In this document: piece after piece, positions 37,372-47,187 of the stretch
How positions within the stretch are numbered: position 1 is the first letter of the stretch
How the letters are laid out: the number at the start of each line of letters is the position of its first letter
NCBI GenBank assembly: GCA_016715815.1
Contig: JADJXN010000001.1
Location: 259,678-323,677, forward strand
Length of the DNA stretch: 64,000 nt
Source: Oligoflexia bacterium
GTDB taxonomy: Bacteria > Bdellovibrionota > Bdellovibrionia > JABDDW01
Reading direction: 5' to 3'
Made by a program: the position numbers and the translations under genes
The notes under the pieces: generated by a model
Told to the model about the DNA's origin: nothing
Databases searched by the model: none
Seen by the model: the letters and a program-made list of their open reading frames with translations, nothing else

Positions 37372-38091
37372 ATGAGTGCGGAAAATAAAAAAAACAACAA
37401 CAACGAAACAAAAACTTCAGTTATTGTGGATCAGTCACAATCGCGTCCTGCTCTTTCAACAGAAAGAGCAAGTTCTGTGTTTAAAGAAGTGTCCCAACTT
37501 GTAGGTGGAGCTGAAGCAATTGAAGTGGCTCAGGCTAGAATTGTCGAGCTTGAAAAAGAAAGAGATTATTTAAGAACAGAATTAGACAAGTCACGAATTG
37601 CTGCTGAAGAATTTGAGGGCAGATATAATACTGCCCAAGCTCAATTAGAAACCCTCACCAAAAAGCATAAAGAAAAAGTTGAAATACTTGAGAGCGAAAA
37701 AACCCTTTTAAGGGAAAGAGTATCTGCAAAAGAAAAAGAGACAACAGAGTTAAAAAAACAGACACAGGATCTCCAGTGGCGATTTGATAATGATCTTCAA
37801 AAAGTAAGAGTTAAAGAGAGGGAGTATGAAAATAAAAATATTATAATAAAGGCTGAGGCTCAAGCGGTCGCGCAAAGCAAAGATGAAATGATTCTAGATT
37901 TAAAGACCCAAGTAGATCAGCAAAAATTTGAAATTCAGCAATTCAAAAACAGAATCAAAGAAAATGAGAAAGAGTATAAAATTGCTCAGGAGAGACAAGC
38001 GCAGGCACTTAAGGCTCTTAGAATTTCAATGGGTATTTTAGAAAATGATCTAGAAGAAACTAAAATAAAAAAGGTGTCAGGAGATGATTAA
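37372..38091 (+). CDS. hypothetical coiled-coil protein
   Basis: Highly charged heptad-like sequence (ELEKERDYLRTELDKSR...). It overlaps the start of the next gene by 8 nt. Confidence 0.55.
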   Translation: MSAENKKNNNNETKTSVIVDQSQSRPALSTERASSVFKEVSQLVGGAEAIEVAQARIVELEKERDYLRTELDKSRIAAEEFEGRYNTAQAQLETLTKKHKEKVEILESEKTLLRERVSAKEKETTELKKQTQDLQWRFDNDLQKVRVKEREYENKNIIIKAEAQAVAQSKDEMILDLKTQVDQQKFEIQQFKNRIKENEKEYKIAQERQAQALKALRISMGILENDLEETKIKKVSGDD

Positions 38092-39484
38092 GAAAAAGGT
38101 CATCTTCTTGGATGACGAACCAAAAACAAACACTAAGTTTTTAAAAACACTTGAAAAATGCGGCTATCAAGTAGTAGCGCCAAAAACAAAAGAAGAGGCG
38201 CTTTATGAGGCGAGCATGGGTGGTGCACAACTGCTTGTTCATTGTGCGCATACAACAAAAACTTACTGGGAAATATGTGAAACACTTTTAAATAATCATT
38301 TAGATTTGCCAAGCATACACATAGCTATAAGCAGAGCGGCCGAAGAGTTTCAATCTCAATTTAAAGGCCCCTTTCATCAAAAATTAAGACCATTAAGTTC
38401 AGAAAAAGAATTTTTGAAAAAAGTTAGAAAGCTTTTGTCATTTGCACAAATAAAAAATGAAAACAAATTCTTAAAAAGAAAAATTGAAATTTACCAAAAG
38501 CTGGAGCCGCTTTTTGAGACAACTCAGCTTTTTGAATTAAAGCAAAAAGCTACATTATTATTTTTAGATTTGTTTAAAGCGCAAAATGTTTTTTATTTTG
38601 ATAAGGGCGAAGTGGATGCATTCTTAAATAAAAACCTAAATGAAGCAGATGTTATTGATATTAATAATCTTATCAGGGTAGAGCATAAAGTTATTGTGGC
38701 AAAAGATATTAATGAAAATGAAATTAAAAATATTCTTTCAAATGCTACAAAGCTATTGCCAGAGGGGTGGCAGGGTAGAAAAAATAGTGCTTTTTCTGCT
38801 TTTAATAAAGAAACCTCTTTTATTTTAATACCTATCTGTTCTTCTTATCACAAACAAGTTGTGGGACATGCTCTGGTAGTTAACCCTCAGCTTTATGGAA
38901 ACTTAGTTATAAATAAATTGGTTCCATTTTTACAAAAAGTAATTGGTAGACATGCTGGACATGTTTTAAGTTTAAATCAAGCGCGTGATCTAAGCTACAT
39001 TGATGACTTAACAGATTTATACAACCAAAGATACCTGCGTTTAGTGCTGGAGAAGGAAATTAACCGCTCCAAAAGAGATAAGGGTTGTTTTTCAGTTTTG
39101 TTTATGGATATCGACCATTTTAAAAGAGTTAATGATACTAGAGGGCACATTGTGGGCAGTCAAGTGCTGGTGAATTTGTCTAAAATCATTCACGAAAATA
39201 TAAGAACAGTGGATTATGGTTTTAGATATGGAGGAGATGAGTTTTTGGTAGTGCTTGTGGGAACGGACTCTGAGCAAGCAAAAGTTGTGGCTGAGAGGAT
39301 GAGGGCTCAGGTTGAGAATAGTGTTTTTGATGTAAATGGTATTCAAATAAAAGTGACTTTAAGTATTGGTATAGCTAGCTTTCCGGAACACGCATCCACT
39401 AAAGAAGAGATTATTGAACTTGCAGATCAGGCTATGTATGTGGGTAAAAAGAAATCACGCAACATTGTGTACGTTGCAAGTTAG
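38084..39484 (+). CDS. diguanylate cyclase with an N-terminal receiver-like domain and a central GAF-like region (GGDEF intact)
   Basis: The C-terminal RYGGDEFLVVL sits in a full GGDEF domain. The N-terminal KVIFLDDEPK is a receiver acidic pocket, but no obvious phospho-acceptor Asp is visible (LLVHCAHT). Confidence 0.85.
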   Translation: MIKKKVIFLDDEPKTNTKFLKTLEKCGYQVVAPKTKEEALYEASMGGAQLLVHCAHTTKTYWEICETLLNNHLDLPSIHIAISRAAEEFQSQFKGPFHQKLRPLSSEKEFLKKVRKLLSFAQIKNENKFLKRKIEIYQKLEPLFETTQLFELKQKATLLFLDLFKAQNVFYFDKGEVDAFLNKNLNEADVIDINNLIRVEHKVIVAKDINENEIKNILSNATKLLPEGWQGRKNSAFSAFNKETSFILIPICSSYHKQVVGHALVVNPQLYGNLVINKLVPFLQKVIGRHAGHVLSLNQARDLSYIDDLTDLYNQRYLRLVLEKEINRSKRDKGCFSVLFMDIDHFKRVNDTRGHIVGSQVLVNLSKIIHENIRTVDYGFRYGGDEFLVVLVGTDSEQAKVVAERMRAQVENSVFDVNGIQIKVTLSIGIASFPEHASTKEEIIELADQAMYVGKKKSRNIVYVAS

Positions 39485-39490
39485 GTTTTT

Positions 39491-40570
39491 ATGAGAAAAA
39501 TAAAACTTGTTATAAGTGATTTGCATGTTGGCAAGGGGCACATACTCCCAGATGGTTCTGTAAACGTGTTAGAAGAGTTTTATTTTGATGATAAATTGGC
39601 TGAATTTTTAGATTACTACTCAATGGGCGAGTGGGCGCAAGCAGAAGTTGAATTAGTTATAAACGGAGATTTTTTAAACCTACTTCAAACAGATTATAAA
39701 GGGCACCACACTACTGTACTTACAGAAACAATTGATGTTTGGAAGGTACAGCAAATCATCCAAGGACATAAAAAAGTTTTTGAGGCCATTCAAAGATTTA
39801 TTCAAAAACCAAATAAAAAACTCACATATATAATTGGAAACCATGATCAGGGAATGCTTTGGCCTAAGACGCGCCAAATACTAGATGAGGCTTGTGGAAC
39901 AAAAATAAATTATAAAAACATAGTTTATTTTTTTGATGGGATTCATATAGAGCATGGACACCAGCATGAGGCCGCAAACCGTATTGATCCTAAAAAATTT
40001 TTTTTAAAACAAGATCTTGTGGAGCCAATACTTAATTTACCTTGGGCCTCTTACTTTTTTGTTAATTTTGTTTTAAAGTTAAAAGAGAGAATGCCTTATG
40101 TAGATAAAGTCAGACCTTTTCATGCATTTATTTGGTGGGGTTTACTTAATGATTTTTTCTTTTCAATAAGAGCTATTTTTGAATTAGTATGGTACTTTTT
40201 GGTTTCAGGTGTAACACGCCGAGATAAAAGAAGGCAGTTTTCTTTAAAAAATAGTCTTCAAATTATGAAAGAAAGTGCAATATTTCCGGACTTAGAAGTT
40301 GCGGCGCGAAAAATTCTTAATGACGACCGTGTACACACGGTTATTTTTGGTCATACCCACGTTTATGTTTACCGTCAATGGGGGCATCATAAGGAATATA
40401 TAAACACAGGGACATGGACGGAGTTAACAAGTTTAGACATTGCCTCTTTAGGTAAGATTACAAAGCTAACATACGTTTTAATTGAGTATCCTATTGATGG
40501 CGGCCGTCCACGAGCGCGTCTTAAGGAATGGCGTGGTCATTACAAGGTTGAATTTGACGTAGCAATTTGA
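39491..40570 (+). CDS. calcineurin-like metallophosphoesterase
   Basis: Motifs ISDLHVG, NGDFLN, GNHDQ, HGHQHE and FGHTHV. It lies 7 nt downstream of the GGDEF gene. Confidence 0.8.
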   Translation: MRKIKLVISDLHVGKGHILPDGSVNVLEEFYFDDKLAEFLDYYSMGEWAQAEVELVINGDFLNLLQTDYKGHHTTVLTETIDVWKVQQIIQGHKKVFEAIQRFIQKPNKKLTYIIGNHDQGMLWPKTRQILDEACGTKINYKNIVYFFDGIHIEHGHQHEAANRIDPKKFFLKQDLVEPILNLPWASYFFVNFVLKLKERMPYVDKVRPFHAFIWWGLLNDFFFSIRAIFELVWYFLVSGVTRRDKRRQFSLKNSLQIMKESAIFPDLEVAARKILNDDRVHTVIFGHTHVYVYRQWGHHKEYINTGTWTELTSLDIASLGKITKLTYVLIEYPIDGGRPRARLKEWRGHYKVEFDVAI

Positions 40571-40582
40571 TTAAATTGGTTC

Positions 40583-41746
40583 ATGTTTTTCACTTCTGAA
40601 CATGAAATGCTACAGGATTCAGTGCGCCAATTTGCAAACAAGGAATTGGCTAAAGGAGCTGCTCTAAGGGATGAAAAAGAAACTCTAGAGCCAGATCTAT
40701 TTAAAAAAATGGGAGAACTTGGAATTTTAGGAATTACCGTGCCAACCGAATTTGGTGGTGCAGGTATGGATGCTGTAGCTGCTACTATAGTCATGGAGGA
40801 GCTTGGGGCTGTATGTGCTTCCACGGCGCTTTCGTATTTGGCTCATAGTATGCTTGCTGTACATAACCTTTGTGTAAATGGAAATGATGCTCAGAAGAAA
40901 AAATATCTGCCAAAACTTTGCAGTGGTGAGCTTATTGGTGGTATGGGCATGACAGAGCCGGGAGCGGGCTCTGATGCTTTGGGTATGACGTCAAAAGCAG
41001 AAAAAAAAGATAATGTATGGATTTTAAATGGAACAAAAACCTATATTACAAATGGGCCACAGGGTGACTTTTTTTTATGCTATATCAAAACAGGGACTGA
41101 CAAAAAAGATATTAGCACATTTTTAATAGAGAAAAATTTTAAAGGCTTCAGTGCTGGAAAAAAAATAAGCAAAATGGGTATGCGTGGAAGCCCAACGGGT
41201 GAGCTTATTTTTGAAAACTGTGAAGTGCCTGAAGAAAACCTGGTTGGAAAAGTGAATGACAGCGTTCACCATATGGTACGAAATTTAAATATTGAACGTG
41301 TGACCATTGCGGGAATTAGTAACGGAATTGCAAGAGCAGCACATGAGTATTCAGCTAAATATGCAACTGAGAGAAAGCAGTTTGATAAGCCTCTTGGTAG
41401 CTTTCAGATGATTCAAAAAATGATAGCAGATAATTATGCACAATATGTTTCAAGTAGAGCCCTATGCTTTCTAGCTGCTCGTATGATAGATGAAAAAAAG
41501 GAAAAAGAATTTAAAATAGGTAAAATGGCAGCCTCAGCAAAGTTAGTAGCAGCACAGATGGCAACTGAAGTGGGGCTAAATGCTATACAAATTCTTGGTG
41601 GCTATGGTTATACCAAAGAATACCCAGTTGAGCGCTACATGAGGGATGCAAAACTTATTGAAATAGGTGCTGGCACTAATGAGGTTATGAGAATGATTAT
41701 TGCTAAAGATATTTTAAGAGAGTTTGATTCTTCCTATGAGTGGTAA
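40583..41746 (+). CDS. acyl-CoA dehydrogenase (isovaleryl/short-chain type)
   Basis: 387 aa. GMTEPGAGSD and the C-terminal QILGGYGYTKEYPVERYMRDAK are ACAD signatures. Confidence 0.9.
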   Translation: MFFTSEHEMLQDSVRQFANKELAKGAALRDEKETLEPDLFKKMGELGILGITVPTEFGGAGMDAVAATIVMEELGAVCASTALSYLAHSMLAVHNLCVNGNDAQKKKYLPKLCSGELIGGMGMTEPGAGSDALGMTSKAEKKDNVWILNGTKTYITNGPQGDFFLCYIKTGTDKKDISTFLIEKNFKGFSAGKKISKMGMRGSPTGELIFENCEVPEENLVGKVNDSVHHMVRNLNIERVTIAGISNGIARAAHEYSAKYATERKQFDKPLGSFQMIQKMIADNYAQYVSSRALCFLAARMIDEKKEKEFKIGKMAASAKLVAAQMATEVGLNAIQILGGYGYTKEYPVERYMRDAKLIEIGAGTNEVMRMIIAKDILREFDSSYEW

Positions 41747-42968
41747 ATTACTTACTTTAAATGAATTTTTAAAAGCAGATGATAAAACCCTAGAGGCTTT
41801 TGACAACATTTTTTTAAAAGCAAAAAATAAAAAATCAATGATGGGTTGGGTTGATTTGCCTTGGAGTGATGAGGCATACCAACAAAGTAATAAATGGTTT
41901 AAAAAAATCAAAAAAAATCAAAAAACACTTTGTGTTTTTGGTATTGGGGGGAGCTGTCTGGGTGCAAAAGCTATTTACGATTTTTTGCAGCCTAAAAAGA
42001 AGATATTATTTTTTTCAAATGTTGATGGCACTCAATTTGAAAAGCAGCTTTCCAAAATTAAACTAAAACAAACACATTTTTTATTTATCTCAAAAAGTGG
42101 GGAGACTTCAGAAACCCTTGTTCAACTAGCTCACGTATTAGCGCTTCTTAATAAGACCAAGCTCAACTTAAGGGAGCACGTTAGTGTTATTACAGGTTTA
42201 GGGTCTGGTAAGCTTGATAAAATTGCTGACAAATTTAAGCTTTTAAAACTTGATGTGCCAAAAGAAGTGGGTGGGAGATTTTCTGTTTTATCACAAGTAG
42301 GTATCGCTCCACTGTTATGGGCTGGAGTGGATATAAAAAAAATTCTAGCAGGAGCAAAGCAGGTTTTAGATTATAAAGAACAGGTTAGTGCTCTTTGTGA
42401 TTTTTACTTAAAGTCATTTGAAAAAGAAAAACATATAAGTGTTTTTTGGTTTTACTGTGATGCCTTATTTACATTTGGTTTGTGGCTTTCTCAGCTTTGG
42501 TCAGAAAGCTTGGCTAAAGCTGGTGGGCCAGAAGTTAGTACACCACTGATTTGCATTGGCTCCAATGATCAGCACTCTTTGTTGCAGCAGTTTAATGAAG
42601 GTAAAAAAGATAAAAGCTTTTTATTTTTTAGGAATTTAGAAAGTGAGAAGTCTTTAAAAATTAAAAAAGTAGTAGTTGATGAGTTAAAATTATTTGAAAA
42701 TAAAAGTGTCGGTGAACTGTTAAAAATACTAGCTCAAGCCACGAAGCAGGTGCTCAAGAGTAAAAAGATGCCGGTTTGTGAGCTTATTGTGCAAGACCAT
42801 AGTCCGCAAACCATAGGTGCATTGATTTATTTTTTTGAAGTATTAGTAGCAGTTATAGCTGAAAGAATAAATGTGAATGCCTACAACCAGCCAGGTGTTG
42901 AAGATGGAAAGCGAATTACATTGGGCACTCTTGGCGATGCGCGTTACCTAGACTTAGCCTTGAAGTAA
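41736..42968 (+). CDS. pgi: glucose-6-phosphate isomerase (short form)
   Basis: The PGI signatures are EVGGRFSVLSQVGIAP and NVNAYNQPGVEDGK. The ATG at 41736 overlaps the ACAD stop, and the track ORF starts at a TTG at 41724. Confidence 0.85.
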   Translation: MSGKLLTLNEFLKADDKTLEAFDNIFLKAKNKKSMMGWVDLPWSDEAYQQSNKWFKKIKKNQKTLCVFGIGGSCLGAKAIYDFLQPKKKILFFSNVDGTQFEKQLSKIKLKQTHFLFISKSGETSETLVQLAHVLALLNKTKLNLREHVSVITGLGSGKLDKIADKFKLLKLDVPKEVGGRFSVLSQVGIAPLLWAGVDIKKILAGAKQVLDYKEQVSALCDFYLKSFEKEKHISVFWFYCDALFTFGLWLSQLWSESLAKAGGPEVSTPLICIGSNDQHSLLQQFNEGKKDKSFLFFRNLESEKSLKIKKVVVDELKLFENKSVGELLKILAQATKQVLKSKKMPVCELIVQDHSPQTIGALIYFFEVLVAVIAERINVNAYNQPGVEDGKRITLGTLGDARYLDLALK

Positions 42969-42995
42969 ATTTTTTAGATCCCTATAATTTTAGAT

Positions 42996-43916
42996 ATGTC
43001 ATCAGATGAAAAAATGGACAAAACCAATGTTGTTGATAGCGACACATTAAAGGTGCGCATTAGTGAAGCGCAAAGCCGTCCACCAGCATTGGTATTATTA
43101 AGTGGCCCAGCAGGTATTATGGGTAAAAGTTGGCTTTTAGATAAAAATGTTTTAACAGTGGGGCGTGAGGCTACTTGCGATATTCATGTTGAAGAAAAAA
43201 GTATTAGTAAAAAACATGCACACTTAAAAGTTCATTCAAATGGAGCTGTTTCTATTACAGATTTGCAATCTACTAATGGTACTGAGATAGCGACAAAAAA
43301 ACTTACTCCTCACCAAGATATTGTTTTAAGAGACAATGATCAAATAAAAATGGGCAATGTTATTTTTAAATTCCTTAGCAAGGGAAATATTGAAAATGTA
43401 ACAGCGCCTCAGCTTTTTGACCAAAAAACTCTTGATGGCTTAACACAGGTTTTAAATAAACAGTCTTTATTAAGCCATCTAGATGAGGCATTTAAAAAAT
43501 CAAAACTAACGGAGACAAATTTATCTGTTATTGTTTTTGATTTAGATCATTTTAAAAAAATAAATGATACTCTGGGGCACCAAGCAGGTGATTATGTTTT
43601 AAGAGAGCTTGCTAGTGTTGTTAAAAACCAACTCATAAGATCTGCGGATTATTTTGGTCGCTACGGTGGAGAGGAGTTTGTTGTAGTTTTGCAATCAAGC
43701 CCACTTCAGCGTGCATGTGAAGTAGCAGAGAGAATTAGAACCACAATAGAAAAGCATCAATTTAAATTTGAATCAAAAAATATACCTGTTACAGTTTCAC
43801 TGGGAGTAGCGTGTATAGAGCCAACAATGACAGATTCTGCTCAATTATTTGCAAAAGCAGATCAGGCAGCCTATCGAAGTAAAAGTGCAGGTAGGAACCG
43901 TGTATCCTCACTTTGA
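42996..43916 (+). CDS. FHA domain-GGDEF diguanylate cyclase
   Basis: The N-terminal FHA domain is LTVGREATCDIHV...SKKHAHL...STNGT. The C-terminal GGDEF domain has RYGGEEFVVVL. Confidence 0.85.
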   Translation: MSSDEKMDKTNVVDSDTLKVRISEAQSRPPALVLLSGPAGIMGKSWLLDKNVLTVGREATCDIHVEEKSISKKHAHLKVHSNGAVSITDLQSTNGTEIATKKLTPHQDIVLRDNDQIKMGNVIFKFLSKGNIENVTAPQLFDQKTLDGLTQVLNKQSLLSHLDEAFKKSKLTETNLSVIVFDLDHFKKINDTLGHQAGDYVLRELASVVKNQLIRSADYFGRYGGEEFVVVLQSSPLQRACEVAERIRTTIEKHQFKFESKNIPVTVSLGVACIEPTMTDSAQLFAKADQAAYRSKSAGRNRVSSL

Positions 43917-44946
43917 TGAATTTTTAGAATCAAGACTTAATATCTACGGGCACAGCTTAAAAGAGCCTCAGAAATTAGCAAAGGCTATTTTGAAATTATC
44001 AGATCATTTTATTCGAGGAGTGCATCAAGAAGATTACTGGAAAGATTCTTCTCATATGGCAGCTTACATCAGCTATTTTGCTATTTTAAATTTTGAGCGT
44101 CTTCAGAGTGTCTTTAAAGAGGCAAGACTTCAAAGATTTTTAATTAACGCATCTGTCATTGGAGATTGGGGCTCAGGGCTTGGATCAGCACTATGGGCAA
44201 TGCAAACTCAGTGTGCAAGAGTTTTTATAAACCGAGAACCTAAGATATTTACTTATGATAAAAGCGGTGAAGCTTTAAAAGAACAGCGCCATTGGCTTAA
44301 TTTTTTTAAACTAAACGCTAAGGGAATTGAAGTAACACAAAACAGTCTTTCTGTTTTAGATCATTCAGTTGATACGCTTGTTATGAGTTATGTTTTAAAT
44401 GAATATACGCAATATCCTGTTATCCCAGAACATGTGCAAAGACTTATTTTAGTAGAGCCAAGCACAAATCAAGCAGGGAGAAATTTACTTAAATTTAGAG
44501 ATACACTGATTGAAAAAAACTGGTTTGCTTGGGCGCCATGCACGCATCAGGAATTTTGCCCATTATATAATCAATCAGGAAAAGACTGGTGTCACCACCG
44601 CGTAAATTGGCAAAAACCAGATTGGTTTTATGAGCTTGAGAACCATTTGCCTATGGGTAATGACACTTTAACTTTAAGCTATATATTAATGTCTAAAGAA
44701 AAACCAATTGTTGATTTAAGTGGAATTACAAGAGTCATTGGAGATGAGCAGCCAGAGCGGGGAAAAACAAGACAAGCTATTTGTCGAGGAATGAATAGGG
44801 AATTTTTAAGTTGGCTTGACAGAAACAGACTTAAACCAGGCCTTCGACGAGGTGATTTAATAAGAATCAAGGATGCCATTCAAAAGCCGAAAGAGTTAAG
44901 AATATCTTTTATGACGGACTTTGAGGTGATCAAGCTTGACGATTAA
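43849..44946 (+). CDS. putative SAM-dependent methyltransferase with a C-terminal Cys/His cluster (Rsm22-like), start uncertain
   Basis: VIGDWGSGLGSALWAM is a Rossmann glycine loop. The Cys/His cluster is WAPCTHQEFCPL...WCHH. It overlaps the upstream gene by 17-68 nt depending on the start chosen. Confidence 0.5.
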   Translation: MQKQIRQPIEVKVQVGTVYPHFDEFLESRLNIYGHSLKEPQKLAKAILKLSDHFIRGVHQEDYWKDSSHMAAYISYFAILNFERLQSVFKEARLQRFLINASVIGDWGSGLGSALWAMQTQCARVFINREPKIFTYDKSGEALKEQRHWLNFFKLNAKGIEVTQNSLSVLDHSVDTLVMSYVLNEYTQYPVIPEHVQRLILVEPSTNQAGRNLLKFRDTLIEKNWFAWAPCTHQEFCPLYNQSGKDWCHHRVNWQKPDWFYELENHLPMGNDTLTLSYILMSKEKPIVDLSGITRVIGDEQPERGKTRQAICRGMNREFLSWLDRNRLKPGLRRGDLIRIKDAIQKPKELRISFMTDFEVIKLDD

Positions 44947-44999
44947 CTCTAAAATTCTTCATACTTGAAAAGTAAAATAAAACTTAAATGGGAGAGAAA

Positions 45000-45560
45000 A
45001 TGAAAAAAATTATTTTAAGTATGTTTTTTGTTTTAGCTTTTAGTGTTAATGCAAAAGCTGCAGATACAAAATCATTTAATATTTGGGCTAACCCTGCAGC
45101 ATTAGGGGCAAGTGTTACAAATGCGGGTGTAGATTTTAAGCTAGGCTCAAGTGTTACTTTGGGTGCAGCGCTATTTGCAATAAATTTTAATGCTTCGGGG
45201 CTAGGGGCATTATCAACTAATTTATCAGCTACAGGTTATGGTGCTTATTTAAGATATTATTTTTCAAATGCAATTGCATCAAGCTTTAGGCTATCAGGTT
45301 TTGGTTATTATATGCCTCTTAAGTACACACAAGGTGCATATTCAAATACTTCCAATGCGACATGGTTTGGAGGCTTGATTGGATATCACTGGGTCCCAGG
45401 AATATTAAATTTTGGTTTAGATGTTGGAATGCTTAACTTCTCGGGAACAAGTAGTACAGTAGTGTTAACAAATTCATCAGGTAGTACAACTACTGCGACA
45501 GGTTTTACACTTACCGGTACTTTACCTTGGATAGAGTTAACTATTGGTTTGGCGTTTTAA
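45000..45560 (+). CDS. small outer-membrane beta-barrel protein
   Basis: Signal peptide MKKIILSMFFVLAFSVNAKA. The sequence is Gly/Ala/Thr-rich with alternating polarity and a C-terminal ...IGLAF. An RBS GGAGAG precedes the ATG at 45000. Confidence 0.65.
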   Translation: MKKIILSMFFVLAFSVNAKAADTKSFNIWANPAALGASVTNAGVDFKLGSSVTLGAALFAINFNASGLGALSTNLSATGYGAYLRYYFSNAIASSFRLSGFGYYMPLKYTQGAYSNTSNATWFGGLIGYHWVPGILNFGLDVGMLNFSGTSSTVVLTNSSGSTTTATGFTLTGTLPWIELTIGLAF

Positions 45561-45897
45561 ATTTAAGAAGTTGAGCGTTTTCACACTTTCCAAATTCAGA
45601 TAGTGAAGTGATCTCTGGAAAGCCTCTAAAAACAATTTCGTCGCCAGATTTGACACCGGCAAAACCGGTGTCACTGGCACGACATACAAAACCATCCTCG
45701 CAAATAACTGAGAATTTATTTACCTGTTGAAGGTTTGAAATAATCATTCCCTTAGCAAAAGGCTCCACCCTTAAAACCTTACAGCTTTTTTTATAAGAAA
45801 AAAGCCAGGATACAGTACTTGGTGAGGTGATATATAAAGTAATAAAAATAATGAAAATTAGGATTATAAGTAATAGTAGTTTAGTTGAGAGCTTCAT
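45541..45897 (-). CDS. hypothetical membrane-anchored protein
   Basis: N-terminal TM helix LLLLIILIFIIFITLYI followed by a soluble domain. It is divergent from the ECF sigma gene. Confidence 0.45.
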   Translation of the reverse strand: MKLSTKLLLLIILIFIIFITLYITSPSTVSWLFSYKKSCKVLRVEPFAKGMIISNLQQVNKFSVICEDGFVCRASDTGFAGVKSGDEIVFRGFPEITSLSEFGKCENAQLLKFKTPNQ

Positions 45898-46041
45898 TTA
45901 GGCTTTAAGTTACAGAGGTTAAAGCGGTATTGTCAACATAAATACCTGAAAATACTTGATATTTTGTAAATTCTTAAAAATTTTAAAAATAATTAACCTA
46001 AAGTCTAGGTATTGGGTCTAACCTAAGGCTAGGGAGTGTAA

Positions 46042-46640
46042 GTGAAAGCAGATTTGGACCTAGTCAGAGAAATTAAAGCCGGTGATAAAAAAATCTTCGG
46101 TGAACTTGTCGAAAGACACCAAAAAGCAATCTATAGATTGGCTTTAAGGTTCACGGGAGATCACGGCATGGCAGAAGATGTGGTCCAAGAAAGCTTTATT
46201 AAAGCGTATCAAAAGATACACTTTTTTGAAGAGCGCTCCAGCTTTAAAAGTTGGCTTTTTAGAATTGCCATTAACACTTGTAAAAACAAGTGGAGGAAAA
46301 AAAGCCACCTTGAGGTTGATATTCAAGACGTTGTATTAAGTGTTGAAGAAAAAACCTCACTAGGGCTGGAGAATGAGCAAGTACAAAAAGTGTTGCAGCT
46401 GAGATAGCAAAACTCCCTGAACGGCAAAGGACATCATTGAGCTTGCGAGTATTTGAAGATTTGAGTTTTCAAGAGATCGCTAAAATCATGGATTGCCCTT
46501 ATGATACCGCAAAGGCCAATTACCGCCATGCGGTATTAAAGCTGAAAAAGGTTTTCTTAGACCAACAACTAGTTGTTGATTTAGGAGAAAGCCAAAATGA
46601 AGGAAAATTTTTAAGACAATTTGAACCGAAAAATGATTGA
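46042..46640 (+). CDS. ECF-type sigma-70 factor, with an apparent frameshift between 46385 and 46405
   Basis: Region 2 (FIKAYQKIHFF...SWLFRIAINTC) is in ORF 46042..46407. Region 4 (AEIAKLPERQRTSLSLRVFEDLSFQEIAKIM) is in the next frame. The A5 run at 46385-46389 is the suspect site. Confidence 0.8.
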
Positions 46641-46643
46641 AAG

Positions 46644-47174
46644 GTGTCAAAGGGGCATATGAAAGAAGAAAAAAACAGGCTACCGGCTGAGGTGTGGCTA
46701 GACTACATTGAGAATGAAACTGAAAAATCTTTGAAAGAAGATTTAGAGAGAGTATTAAGCTACCGTCCAGAATATAAAAAAACCGTAACACAACTAATAG
46801 AATTAAAAAAACATTTAAAAGATACAGCAACAGACCTACCTAGTGATGAAACCTTTAAAAAATTAAAAAATAATATTATGGCGGCAATTGAAAAAACTGA
46901 GCCAGATAAAAAGCTCTCGCCTTGGCATAAGCATAATAAGGCTATGACCTACACAACTATGACCATTGCAGCTGTTGTTGCAGGTGGTATTGTTTCGCAA
47001 ACAGAATTTAAAGGCACTCAAAAGGGAGAGCAAAGCTATTCGTTAGAGGACAATATTTTGATATCTCAGGATTTAAATGAGCTCTCTGAAGAGGTTTTAA
47101 TTGAGGTAGCAGCAACGAAAATAAGTCAAATGCCTGAAAATATGGCTCAAAATGAATTAAATAAGTTAAAGTAA
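46644..47174 (+). CDS. putative anti-sigma factor (single-pass membrane)
   Basis: It lies immediately downstream of the ECF sigma. It has a cytoplasmic N-terminus, one TM helix (TMTIAAVVAGGIV) and a periplasmic C-terminus. Confidence 0.6.
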   Translation: MSKGHMKEEKNRLPAEVWLDYIENETEKSLKEDLERVLSYRPEYKKTVTQLIELKKHLKDTATDLPSDETFKKLKNNIMAAIEKTEPDKKLSPWHKHNKAMTYTTMTIAAVVAGGIVSQTEFKGTQKGEQSYSLEDNILISQDLNELSEEVLIEVAATKISQMPENMAQNELNKLK

Positions 47175-47187
47175 TTAAACAGGAGCA

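Noticed and set aside
45541-45560. The 20-nt convergent overlap between OMP 45000..45560 and minus-strand ORF 45541..45897, as evidence that one of the two is spurious.
   Set aside because: Both have plausible signal or TM features. Short convergent overlaps occur in compact genomes. The minus-strand call is kept at low confidence.
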